Shown here: positions 1 through 7,981 of the stretch, piece by piece | Layout: each line of letters starts with the position of its first letter | Numbering within the stretch: the first letter of the stretch is position 1 | Origin: an uncultured Bacteroidales bacterium | GTDB taxonomy: Bacteria > Bacteroidota > Bacteroidia > Bacteroidales > UBA10428 | Length of the DNA stretch: 46,114 nucleotides | Assembly: GCA_964438935.1 (NCBI GenBank) | Contig: CAYTNC010000002.1 | Location: forward strand, 1-46,114 | Direction of reading: 5' to 3' | Notes under the pieces: model-generated | The model's input: only the letters and a program-made list of their open reading frames with translations | Told to the model about the DNA's origin: nothing | The model's database searches: none | Program-made: the position numbers and the translations under genes

Positions 1-713
1 CTGGGGCTGCCAGGGGTATTGGAAAAGCCATTGCCATTGCCTTTGCTAAAGAAGGGGCCAATATTGCCATCACCGATTTACGGATTGATGACAATGCACT
101 TGCCACGGAAAAGGAAGTTAATGCCCTGGGCGTTAAATGTAAGGTTTACGCATCAGATGCCAGCAATTTTGCTGACACCGATAGTGTGGTGAAAAATATC
201 GTAAATGATTTCGGTACGGTGGATATTCTTGTAAACAATGCGGGTATAACCATGGATGCGTTGCTGATGAGAATGAATGAGCAGCAATGGGATACCGTTA
301 TTAATGTGAACCTGAAATCGGTTTTCAATTTTACCAAAGCGGTTCAGATGATCATGATCAAAAAGCAAATAGGATCCATAATCAATATGAGCTCAGTTGT
401 GGGTGTGGGCGGAAATGCGGGTCAAACCAATTACTCAGCTTCAAAAGCTGGTATGATCGGGTTTACCAAATCCATTGCCCAGGAACTGGGGTCGCGTAAC
501 GTGCGTTGCAATGCCATTGCCCCCGGATTCATCATCACTGAAATGACTCATAAACTGTCTGAAGAGGTCAGAAAAAAATGGGAAGAAAAAATACCACTCA
601 GACGCGGCGGAACCCCCGAAGAAGTAGCCAAGGTTGCCCTGTTCCTTGCTTCTGATCTTTCCTCTTATGTAAACGGACAGGTTATTGGGGTTTGCGGCGG
701 CATGAGAACATAG
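1..713 (+). CDS. fabG: 3-oxoacyl-[acyl-carrier-protein] reductase (SDR family), 5' end outside window
   Basis: The frame is open from the window edge, in phase with nt 3, and reads GAARGIGKAIAIAFAKEGA. Further on come NNAG, the YSASKAG Tyr-x3-Lys catalytic motif and PGFI. The ORF-track entry 186..713 is only the part after an internal Met. Confidence 0.9.
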   Translation, partial: GAARGIGKAIAIAFAKEGANIAITDLRIDDNALATEKEVNALGVKCKVYASDASNFADTDSVVKNIVNDFGTVDILVNNAGITMDALLMRMNEQQWDTVINVNLKSVFNFTKAVQMIMIKKQIGSIINMSSVVGVGGNAGQTNYSASKAGMIGFTKSIAQELGSRNVRCNAIAPGFIITEMTHKLSEEVRKKWEEKIPLRRGGTPEEVAKVALFLASDLSSYVNGQVIGVCGGMRT

Positions 714-717
714 AACC

Positions 718-1698
718 ATGTCTCGTTTTCCGGCCTTACCTCTTTTGTTGTTTTTACCCGTTACGCTGATGTGGTCGTGTTTGCCTTACAACGTAACGAT
801 AAGTGTTCTGGAGCCGGCAGAAGTTACGCTGCCTGTATCAGTGCAGCGCATTTCAATTCTGCCTGTTCCCGGTTACTACTCTAAGCCGGGCGTTTTCGAC
901 AGTCTCTCACATGCAATTCTGAATCCCAAGACGGATATTAAAGAAATCAAAATGGGATACCTGCATGGCATGTATGATGTTCTTTCGCAATCGCCACGGT
1001 TTGGAAAAGTTGTTTTTACTGATACTTCCTATTACAAAAACAGGCTGATGTGGGAGGATGTTGACAAAATTTGCAGGCATGATACAACTGATGCCCTGCT
1101 AATCCTGAACAAAGTAATATCTTATGATGCCATTAATAAATATTACTTCTTAGACAATGATGAATCCGATTTGCAAAGCAATTACAGGATGCTGAACTAC
1201 TCCAAATGGGCACTATACATGCCTGAAAAGGAATCAAGCATTGGAACTTATGAATTTACTGACACATTGAATGTCCCGGGTTTTTTCGGACCCTCGGGAT
1301 TGGAACAACTGTTGTATCATGCCTGTTATATGAGCGGGCAAAGTTCGGCTCGAAAACTAAGTCCGTATTGGGCAAATGTGCAGCGTAACTTTTATTCCCG
1401 GCCGGGAGGTGACATGAGGAAAGCTGCCAGGCTGGTAATGAAAGATCAATGGGGAGAGGCAGCCTCAATTTGGAACAAACTATCCGAGGAAGATAACAAA
1501 ACAATTGCTGCCAGGGCATCTTACAACATTGCATTGGCTTATGAGCGTGACGACATGCTTGACCAGGCCACACTATGGGCAGCTTATGCCGACAGCCTGG
1601 CAAATGACAACAATATGGATATATACAGCAAGCTGCTGATGATCCGTATGAACGTAAGAGACAAGCTTGAAGAACAAATGAACAAAACTGAAAAGTAA
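718..1698 (+). CDS. hypothetical secreted/lipoprotein with a TPR-like C-terminal helical region
   Basis: 326-aa ORF starting 4 nt after the fabG stop. The N-terminus is hydrophobic and ends in Cys (LFLPVTLMWSC). I recognise no catalytic motif. Confidence 0.6.
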   Translation: MSRFPALPLLLFLPVTLMWSCLPYNVTISVLEPAEVTLPVSVQRISILPVPGYYSKPGVFDSLSHAILNPKTDIKEIKMGYLHGMYDVLSQSPRFGKVVFTDTSYYKNRLMWEDVDKICRHDTTDALLILNKVISYDAINKYYFLDNDESDLQSNYRMLNYSKWALYMPEKESSIGTYEFTDTLNVPGFFGPSGLEQLLYHACYMSGQSSARKLSPYWANVQRNFYSRPGGDMRKAARLVMKDQWGEAASIWNKLSEEDNKTIAARASYNIALAYERDDMLDQATLWAAYADSLANDNNMDIYSKLLMIRMNVRDKLEEQMNKTEK

Positions 1699-1712
1699 AG
1701 GAAAAGGGTACA

Positions 1713-2939
1713 ATGAATACAATTTTTTATATCATCATTGCCATCACAACTGTTGATTTTGCCCTGGAACGGTATCTTGATTTTTTGAATCGAAAAAGCC
1801 TGAATCCTTTACTTCCGGAAGAGCTGAAAGATGTATTTGAGGCAGATCAGTATCGCAAACAACAGGAATACAAGCGGGTAAATGACCGGTTTTCTTCCAT
1901 CACCAGTACCTTTAATTTTGTTATCATTTTGCTCATGCTCTTTTTTGGCGGATTTGCGCTGGTAGACGGATGGGCCAGGGACATCACTGCACATCCTGTA
2001 TTGCTCGTGCTTGTTTTTTTTGGTATTCTTGCCGTAGCCATGGACTTGATTGGCACCCCATTTTCGGTATATGATACCTTTGTTATTGAAGAGAAGTTCG
2101 GATTTAACCGAACCTCAGCGCGTACCTTTATTTTAGATAAAATCAAAGGCTTGTTGCTGGGTGCTGTTATTGGGGGTGGTCTGCTGGCCCTGATTGTATG
2201 GTTTTATCAGAAAACCGGTTCCCTTTTCTGGCTCTATGCCTGGGCGCTTGCAGTTTTTTTTACCGTGTTTATGTCCATGTTTTATTCATCCGTCATTGTA
2301 CCTCTGTTCAATAAGCAAACTCCTTTACCTGAAGGCGAACTTCGTGATGCCATCAAGGCTTTCAGCTGCCGGGTGGGTTTTAATCTGGTGAACATTTTTG
2401 TAATCGACGGATCCAAACGATCGGCTAAAGCCAATGCGTATTTTACCGGTCTTGGTCCGAAAAAACGCGTGGTGCTTTACGATACGCTCATCAGCGACCT
2501 CTCAACCGATGAGATTGTAGCTGTTCTGGCTCATGAAATAGGGCATTACAAAAAAAAGCACATGCTCTATGGCCTGGTGACAGGTATTGTACAAACCGGT
2601 ATCACACTCTTCATCCTTTCTTTACTGATCAGCAACCCGGCTTTGTCGGAAGCATTGGGTGGCAACGGTCCGAGTTTTCATCTGGGGCTCATCGCATTTG
2701 GCATCTTGTACAGTCCGGTTTCCCTGCTTACCGGTTTGCTTATGAACCAGGTCTCACGCCGGCATGAATATGCAGCCGACCGCTTTGTGAAAGACCACAA
2801 CAACCCTGCAGCACTGATCAGTGCACTAAAAAAGTTATCATCTAAGAACCTGAGCAATCTCACACCACATCCGGTTTATGTTTACTTTCATTATTCGCAT
2901 CCCACCTTGTTGCAACGAATCAGGGCTCTGATGAAATAA
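1713..2939 (+). CDS. M48 family zinc metallopeptidase (Ste24/HtpX-like)
   Basis: 408 aa. The N-terminal half has several hydrophobic helices, followed by the HExxH motif LAHEIGHYKKKH and a downstream EYAAD. Confidence 0.85.
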   Translation: MNTIFYIIIAITTVDFALERYLDFLNRKSLNPLLPEELKDVFEADQYRKQQEYKRVNDRFSSITSTFNFVIILLMLFFGGFALVDGWARDITAHPVLLVLVFFGILAVAMDLIGTPFSVYDTFVIEEKFGFNRTSARTFILDKIKGLLLGAVIGGGLLALIVWFYQKTGSLFWLYAWALAVFFTVFMSMFYSSVIVPLFNKQTPLPEGELRDAIKAFSCRVGFNLVNIFVIDGSKRSAKANAYFTGLGPKKRVVLYDTLISDLSTDEIVAVLAHEIGHYKKKHMLYGLVTGIVQTGITLFILSLLISNPALSEALGGNGPSFHLGLIAFGILYSPVSLLTGLLMNQVSRRHEYAADRFVKDHNNPAALISALKKLSSKNLSNLTPHPVYVYFHYSHPTLLQRIRALMK

Positions 2940-3013
2940 ACACCTGCCACAAGCAAGAGGCATTAACCGGTATCTTTTTGTGATCATTTCTTTGCTTCGT
3001 GCTTAATTATTTA

Positions 3014-3021
3014 TATTTTTG
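3014..3021 (+). promoter_or_regulatory. candidate Bacteroidota -7 promoter box (TATTTTTG) for the tRNA pair
   Basis: Matches the TAnnTTTG consensus. It sits 22 nt upstream of the tRNA-Thr 5' end. Confidence 0.4.
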
Positions 3022-3043
3022 TCACCCCCGAAAATCATTTCAG

Positions 3044-3115
3044 GCCTCTTTAGCTCAGCGGTAGAGCAGCGGTTTCGTAAACCGCAGGTCGGGGGTTCAA
3101 ATCCCCTGAGAGGCT
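3044..3115 (+). tRNA. tRNA-Thr (anticodon CGT)
   Basis: Hand-folded cloverleaf. Acceptor GCCTCTT pairs with GAGAGGC, the D arm is GCTCAGCGGTAGAGC, the anticodon stem is GCGGT/ACCGC with loop TTCGTAA, and the T arm is GGGGG-TTCAAAT-CCCCT. CCA is not encoded. Confidence 0.9.
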
Positions 3116-3128
3116 CAGATTGAATATT

Positions 3129-3201
3129 GCGGCAGTAGCTCAGTTGGTAGAGCGTGAGCTTCCCAAGCTCAAGGTCGTGGGTTCGAGACCCATTTGCCGC
3201 T
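3129..3201 (+). tRNA. tRNA-Gly (anticodon CCC)
   Basis: Hand-folded cloverleaf. Acceptor GCGGCAG pairs with TTGCCGC, the D arm is GCTCAGTTGGTAGAGC, the anticodon stem is TGAGC/GCTCA with loop TTCCCAA, and the T arm is GTGGG-TTCGAGA-CCCAT. Confidence 0.9.
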
Positions 3202-3270
3202 CAGTTGGTAGCCCCGCCGGTGGCGGGGTCCCAAGCTCAAGGTCGTGGGTTCGAGACCCATTTGCCGCTC
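3202..3270 (+). pseudogene. 5'-truncated, rearranged second copy of tRNA-Gly(CCC)
   Basis: It starts with the D-loop string CAGTTGGTAG, then a perfect hairpin CCCCGCC-GGT-GGCGGGG replaces the D-stem 3' side and the anticodon-stem 5' side. After that it repeats 42 nt of the intact tRNA exactly (3229..3270 = 3161..3202). There is no 5' acceptor strand, so it cannot fold as a tRNA. Confidence 0.75.
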
Positions 3271-3274
3271 TCGT

Positions 3275-3298
3275 AGAGACGCATAATCATGCGTCTCT
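3275..3298. repeat. 24-nt palindrome AGAGACGCAT-AATC-ATGCGTCTCT (copy 1)
   Basis: Perfect 10-bp arms with a 4-nt centre. It begins 5 nt after the tRNA-Gly fragment. Confidence 0.8.
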
Positions 3299-3330
3299 CT
3301 CATGTTTGGGAGACGTATCAAATCATACAA

Positions 3331-3354
3331 AGAGACGCATGATCATGCGTCTCT
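3331..3354. repeat. 24-nt palindrome AGAGACGCAT-GATC-ATGCGTCTCT (copy 2)
   Basis: Same element as 3275..3298 with one central substitution. A degenerate partial copy (GAGACGTATCAAATCATAC) lies between the two at about 3310..3328. Confidence 0.8.
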
Positions 3355-3373
3355 ACATTTATATATCAATGAT

Positions 3374-4621
3374 ATGAACGCAGAAATTATAACCATTGGA
3401 GATGAATTGCTTATTGGGCAGGTTGTTGACACCAACTCCGCCTGGCTGGCATCGGAACTGAACAAGCTGGGTTTTCGCATTGTTCAGATCACCTCGGTGC
3501 CCGATCAAAGAGAGCACATTGTAAGGGCATTGAACGATGCTGCAGAAAGGGCAGCACTAATTGTTATTACAGGAGGTCTGGGCCCTACCAGCGATGACAT
3601 CACCAAACACACGCTGGTGGAATATTTTGGTGCCAAGCTGATAAGAAATCAACCTGTATTGGAGCATATAGAAACCCTGCTTAAAACAAGAGGCGTTGCC
3701 ATGAATGACCGCAATATCAGCCAGGCCGACTTGCCCGACAATTGTCAGGTACTTCACAACAGTGCTGGAACAGCTCCGGGAATGTGGTTCAGCAAAAACA
3801 ACAGGGAATTTGTTTCTCTGCCCGGCGTGCCTTATGAAATGAAAGCCATATTTAAGGAAGTCCTGGACCAGAAGTTGAAATTACGGTTCACACTTCCGGC
3901 CATCATCCACAAAACCATTCTCACCTGCGGCATTCCTGAGTCGCAGATGGCCGTAATGATCAGTAACTGGGAAAAGGCCCTGCCTGCAAATCTGAAACTG
4001 GCTTATTTGCCTTCACCGGGAATTCTTCGTTTGAGAATCACCGGCACCACAACAGGGGATGAGATGGAGCTGAAAACTACAATAGAAAATGAAACAGCCA
4101 AACTGGAGCAAATTATAGGTGAACATGTTTTTGGCTATGATGAGGATAAGCTTGAAGTGATTGTAGGTAATTTATTAAAGAATAACAATGTATCCTTGTC
4201 AACTGCTGAAAGTTGCACCGGAGGCCTCATCAGTTTTATGATTACTTCCATACCAGGTTCCTCAGCCTATTACCAGGGCGGTGTGGTGGCCTATTCGAAC
4301 GATGTGAAAACAAGCCAGCTTAATGTGAGTCCGTATTCATTGATTATGAATGGGGCAGTTAGCCAGCCTGTTGTGGAACAAATGGCAGATGGAGCCCGGA
4401 GTAAATTCAACACCGATTTCGCAGTTGCTGTGAGCGGGATAGCAGGTCCAACCGGTGCAACAGAAGAGAAACCGGTTGGCACCACGTGGATTGCGGTAGC
4501 TTCAAAAAAAAGAATTGTATCTCATCTTTATAACTTGGGCGAAGATCGTGGCCGGAATATGCAAAAGGCTGCTATTTCAGCACTTTTCATGCTTCGAAAT
4601 GAGATCATGGATTGTTTATAA
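3374..4621 (+). CDS. cinA: CinA family protein (MoCF-type domain plus nicotinamide-nucleotide amidohydrolase PncC-like domain)
   Basis: The N-terminus MNAEIITIGDELLIGQVVDTNSAWLA is typical of CinA, and the C-terminal half has LSTAESCTGGL. I prefer the start at 3374 to the track's 3302, because the 24 extra codons are read through the palindromic repeat. Confidence 0.88.
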   Translation: MNAEIITIGDELLIGQVVDTNSAWLASELNKLGFRIVQITSVPDQREHIVRALNDAAERAALIVITGGLGPTSDDITKHTLVEYFGAKLIRNQPVLEHIETLLKTRGVAMNDRNISQADLPDNCQVLHNSAGTAPGMWFSKNNREFVSLPGVPYEMKAIFKEVLDQKLKLRFTLPAIIHKTILTCGIPESQMAVMISNWEKALPANLKLAYLPSPGILRLRITGTTTGDEMELKTTIENETAKLEQIIGEHVFGYDEDKLEVIVGNLLKNNNVSLSTAESCTGGLISFMITSIPGSSAYYQGGVVAYSNDVKTSQLNVSPYSLIMNGAVSQPVVEQMADGARSKFNTDFAVAVSGIAGPTGATEEKPVGTTWIAVASKKRIVSHLYNLGEDRGRNMQKAAISALFMLRNEIMDCL

Positions 4622-4708
4622 ATAATTTTAGTTGGATTCTTGAATTATTAAAAAAAATTACCGTTCTTTGCAACCTGTTTTTAGAAAGCGTTTAAACTGA
4701 TTATAGAA

Positions 4709-4951
4709 ATGTCAAGAATTTGTCAGATTACGGGAAAAGCTGCGATGGTGGGTAACAATGTTTCACATTCCAAACGCAGAACCAAAAGAACCTTTGATGT
4801 CAACCTGTTTGACAAGAAGCTTTTCCTTCAGGAAGAGAACCGCTGGGTCAATTTAAGAGTTTCAGCTGCAGGCATCAGGCTCGTCAACAAGGTAGGCTTG
4901 AAAAAGGCACTGGAAGAAGCCAAAGCCAAGGGTTTTATTAAAAATATTTAA
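4709..4951 (+). CDS. rpmB: 50S ribosomal protein L28
   Basis: 80 aa, [10 protein letters not shown]....[15 protein letters not shown], the canonical L28 N-terminus. Confidence 0.93.
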   Translation: MSRICQITGKAAMVGNNVSHSKRRTKRTFDVNLFDKKLFLQEENRWVNLRVSAAGIRLVNKVGLKKALEEAKAKGFIKNI

Positions 4952-4969
4952 CACTAAGCACATCAGGAT

Positions 4970-5152
4970 ATGGCAAAGAAAGGTAATAGAATACAGGTGA
5001 TTCTTGAGTGCACCGAACACAAAACAAGTGGTTTACCCGGTATGTCGAGGTACATTACCACCAAGAACAGGAAGAATACTCCTGACCGAATTGAGCTGAA
5101 AAAGTACAATCCGACACTCAAAAAAGTAACTGTTCACAAAGAAATCAAGTAG
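4970..5152 (+). CDS. rpmG: 50S ribosomal protein L33
   Basis: 60 aa, [18 protein letters not shown]...[21 protein letters not shown], the L33 pattern. Confidence 0.93.
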   Translation: MAKKGNRIQVILECTEHKTSGLPGMSRYITTKNRKNTPDRIELKKYNPTLKKVTVHKEIK

Positions 5153-5158
5153 TAAGTC

Positions 5159-5314
5159 ATGGCAAAAAAAGTAATCGCAACATTAAAGACCGGAGCAGGT
5201 AAAACTTTTACCAAATGCATAAAAATGGTGAAATCACCTAAATCCGGTTCGTACCAGTTCAAGGAAGAAATGGTGCATGTAGACCACATCAAGGACTATT
5301 TTGTTCAAAAATAA
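5159..5314 (+). CDS. small conserved protein of the DUF4295 type (51 aa), absent from the ORF track because it is under 60 aa
   Basis: ATG at 5159 and TAA at 5312..5314. It translates to MAKKVIATLKTGAGKTFTKCIKMVKSPKSGSYQFKEEMVHVDHIKDYFVQK. It sits directly after rpmG, as this family does in Bacteroidota, and is followed by a strong terminator. Confidence 0.7.
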   Translation: MAKKVIATLKTGAGKTFTKCIKMVKSPKSGSYQFKEEMVHVDHIKDYFVQK

Positions 5315-5338
5315 GATATCTGGATTTCCGGATAAATT

Positions 5339-5370
5339 GGCTTTCTTTGCATAAGAAAGCCTTTTTTTTT
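5339..5370 (+). terminator. intrinsic terminator of the rpmB-rpmG-small ORF unit
   Basis: GGCTTTCTT-TGCAT-AAGAAAGCC (9-bp stem) followed by a run of nine T. Confidence 0.85.
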
Positions 5371-5400
5371 AAGCATAACTCAAAGTAACCCGATCCGGCC

Positions 5401-6363
5401 ATGGCATTTTTCGGAATATTCAACAAGGCAGATAAAGAGGACCTGAACCAGGGTCTTGAAAAGACCAAGGAAAGTGTACTCAAAAGGCTTTCGCGAGTTG
5501 TGCTGGGTAAATCCACCGTGGATGACGAGGTACTCGACAATCTGGAGGAGGCGTTGATATCGTCGGATGTGGGCGTTAATACTACGCTGCGGATCATCGA
5601 TCGCATCCAGAAACGAGTGAACCGCGAAAGGTTCATGAATACCAGCGAGCTCAACCTGATACTCAGGGAAGAGATCTGCGCACTACTCGAAGAAAACAAA
5701 GCCGGACAGGCTGCTGACTTTTCTGCCGCCATTGAACAAAAACCCTATGTTTTTATGGTAGTTGGCGTAAACGGGGTGGGTAAAACCACCACCATCGGCA
5801 AGCTTGCCTGGCAGTATAAGAAAGCCGGTAAGAAAGTTTTGCTGGGTGCTGCAGACACCTTCAGGGCCGCGGCTATTGATCAGCTTTCCATATGGGCCGA
5901 ACGCGTGGGGGTTCCCATTGTAAAACAGCAAATGGGCAGCGATCCTGCTTCTGTTGCATACGATACGGTGAGTTCAGCCATAACAAACGATACTGATGTA
6001 GTTATTATTGATACAGCCGGCAGATTGCACAACAAAGTCAACCTGATGAACGAGCTTACCAAGATCAAGAGGGTGGTACAAAAGGTCATCCCCGATGCAC
6101 CGCATGAAGTACTTCTGGTACTCGATGGATCAACCGGGCAAAATGCCTTTGAACAGGCCAGGCAATTTACAGAAGCAACCCAGGTGAACGCACTGGCCAT
6201 TACCAAGCTCGACGGCACTGCCAAAGGCGGGGTGGTCATTGGCATATCCGATCAATTCAAAATTCCGGTCAGGTACATCGGCATTGGTGAAAAAATGGAG
6301 GACCTGCATCTGTTTGATAAAAGTGCATTTGTTGAGGCCTTGTTTGAGGGAACGGATAACTGA
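5401..6363 (+). CDS. ftsY: signal recognition particle receptor FtsY
   Basis: 320 aa with GVNGVGKTTTIGKLA (P-loop), DTAGRLH and TKLDGTAKGG, the SRP GTPase motifs. Confidence 0.93.
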   Translation: MAFFGIFNKADKEDLNQGLEKTKESVLKRLSRVVLGKSTVDDEVLDNLEEALISSDVGVNTTLRIIDRIQKRVNRERFMNTSELNLILREEICALLEENKAGQAADFSAAIEQKPYVFMVVGVNGVGKTTTIGKLAWQYKKAGKKVLLGAADTFRAAAIDQLSIWAERVGVPIVKQQMGSDPASVAYDTVSSAITNDTDVVIIDTAGRLHNKVNLMNELTKIKRVVQKVIPDAPHEVLLVLDGSTGQNAFEQARQFTEATQVNALAITKLDGTAKGGVVIGISDQFKIPVRYIGIGEKMEDLHLFDKSAFVEALFEGTDN

Positions 6364-6465
6364 CCAGTGCTGCAACTTAACCCATTTTTTTATACAAACC
6401 CTGGCGGCCTGCGTTAATTTCAATGTTTTTTTACGGATCCTGTCTTTTAAAATTTCAAGAAAGAA

Positions 6466-6473
6466 TATATTTG
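6466..6473 (+). promoter_or_regulatory. candidate -7 promoter box TATATTTG for the permease gene
   Basis: Perfect TAnnTTTG, 32 nt upstream of the ATG at 6505. Confidence 0.4.
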
Positions 6474-6504
6474 ATGCGGACAAAGAAACCCTAACGCAAA
6501 AAGT

Positions 6505-7950
6505 ATGGATTTATTCAGGACAAAACCCATCAGTCAGTTGTTGGCTGAAGCCGATGACAAGGAGCATGGCTTGAAGAAAGCACTGGGAGGTACCAGCCTG
6601 GTCTTACTGGGTATTGGTGCCATCATCGGCACCGGCATATTTGTGCTTACCGGTACTGTGGCAGCCAATTATGCCGGCCCTGCACTTGTGCTTTCATTCC
6701 TCATTTCTGCCTTGGGTTGTGTTTTTGCCGGCCTTTGTTATGCCGAGTTTGCCTCAATGATACCCATATCGGGGAGTGCCTATACCTATTCCTATGCCAC
6801 GCTGGGTGAGTTTGTTGCCTGGATTATTGGCTGGGACCTGATTCTGGAGTATCTTTTTGCCTCATCCACTGTTGCTGTGGGTTGGTCGGGTTACATGGTC
6901 AGCTTCCTGAACGATTATGGGGTTCATATTCCGGCCGCATTATGCAATGCCCCCATTGATCACATCAAAGGGCAGGGCTGGATACTTACCGGAAGCATCA
7001 TCAACTTTCCTGCCGTGTTTATCATTGCACTGCTTTCTATACTGCTGGTGATTGGTATTAAAGAATCAGCCGGTTTCAACAACATCATTGTAGTAATTAA
7101 AGTGATTGTAATCCTGCTTTTCATCGGATTCGGACTTTCCTATATCGACACTTCCAATTGGAAACCTTTTATTCCGCCAAATACCACAGGTGAATTCGGA
7201 AATTTTGGCATCACGGGCGTACTTCGGGGTGCAGCTGTCATTTTCTTTGCCTATATCGGATTTGATGCTGTTTCTACGGCCGCGCAGGAAGCTAAAAATC
7301 CACAGCGCGATATGCCTATTGGTATTCTGGGATCATTGCTGGTATGTACCATCCTATATGTATTGGTTTCTGCAGTGTTAACCGGGATTGAGCATTACTC
7401 CAATCTGAACGTACCTGCTCCGCTGGCACTGGCAATAGACAAAACCGGAGAAGCATTGAAATGGCTGCGACCTTTAATTAAATTGGGCGCAATAGCCGGA
7501 CTGAGTTCGGTAGTTTTGGTGATGCTCATGGGTCAGCCCCGTATTTTCTTTACCATGGCCAATGACGGGTTGCTGCCTAAAAGCTTTTCTAAAGTGCATC
7601 CCCGCTTCAGAACTCCTTATGTTACCACCATAGTTACCGGCATTGTGGCCTGTTTTGTTGCGGGTTTACTGCCCATCAACATCCTGAGCGAATTGGTTTC
7701 AATTGGTACATTGCTGGCCTTCACCATTGTTTGCATTAGTGTCATCATACTCCGAAAGAAAAGACCAGATGTGGTGAGACCGTTCAAAACGCCCTGGGTA
7801 CCATGGATTCCGCTTGCAGGAGCAACTGTATGCCTGTTACAGATGTTCAGCCTTCCATGGGAAACCTGGGAACGATTGCTGATTTGGATGGCTGCCGGCT
7901 TGCTGATTTATTTCCTGTACAGCCGGAAAAGGAGCAAACTGGCCAGGTGA
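6505..7950 (+). CDS. APC-superfamily amino acid permease (cationic amino acid transporter-like)
   Basis: 481 aa, about 12 or more hydrophobic helices. The N-terminal KKALGGTSLVLLGIGAIIGTGIF motif is typical of APC transporters. Confidence 0.85.
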   Translation: MDLFRTKPISQLLAEADDKEHGLKKALGGTSLVLLGIGAIIGTGIFVLTGTVAANYAGPALVLSFLISALGCVFAGLCYAEFASMIPISGSAYTYSYATLGEFVAWIIGWDLILEYLFASSTVAVGWSGYMVSFLNDYGVHIPAALCNAPIDHIKGQGWILTGSIINFPAVFIIALLSILLVIGIKESAGFNNIIVVIKVIVILLFIGFGLSYIDTSNWKPFIPPNTTGEFGNFGITGVLRGAAVIFFAYIGFDAVSTAAQEAKNPQRDMPIGILGSLLVCTILYVLVSAVLTGIEHYSNLNVPAPLALAIDKTGEALKWLRPLIKLGAIAGLSSVVLVMLMGQPRIFFTMANDGLLPKSFSKVHPRFRTPYVTTIVTGIVACFVAGLLPINILSELVSIGTLLAFTIVCISVIILRKKRPDVVRPFKTPWVPWIPLAGATVCLLQMFSLPWETWERLLIWMAAGLLIYFLYSRKRSKLAR

Positions 7951-7981
7951 GCTATATATTCGGGATTTATCCATTAGTTGA

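Noticed and set aside
3275-3354. Paired GAGACG/CGTCTC (BsmBI-type) sites inside the twin palindromes, which could be a sign of an engineered cloning stuffer
   Set aside because: The surrounding context is ordinary chromosomal DNA with native tRNAs and cinA. The sites are simply part of a natural palindrome, and no vector-like sequence is present.
3120-3377. 85-aa + strand ORF, and the 3302 start of the cinA ORF
   Set aside because: The ORF is read straight through tRNA-Gly, its truncated copy and the palindromic repeats. The conserved CinA N-terminus begins at the Met at 3374.
5289-5732. 147-aa - strand ORF overlapping the ftsY 5' region and the rpmG-unit terminator
   Set aside because: Its Ser-rich, low-complexity translation is antisense to a well-supported ftsY and runs through an intrinsic terminator hairpin.
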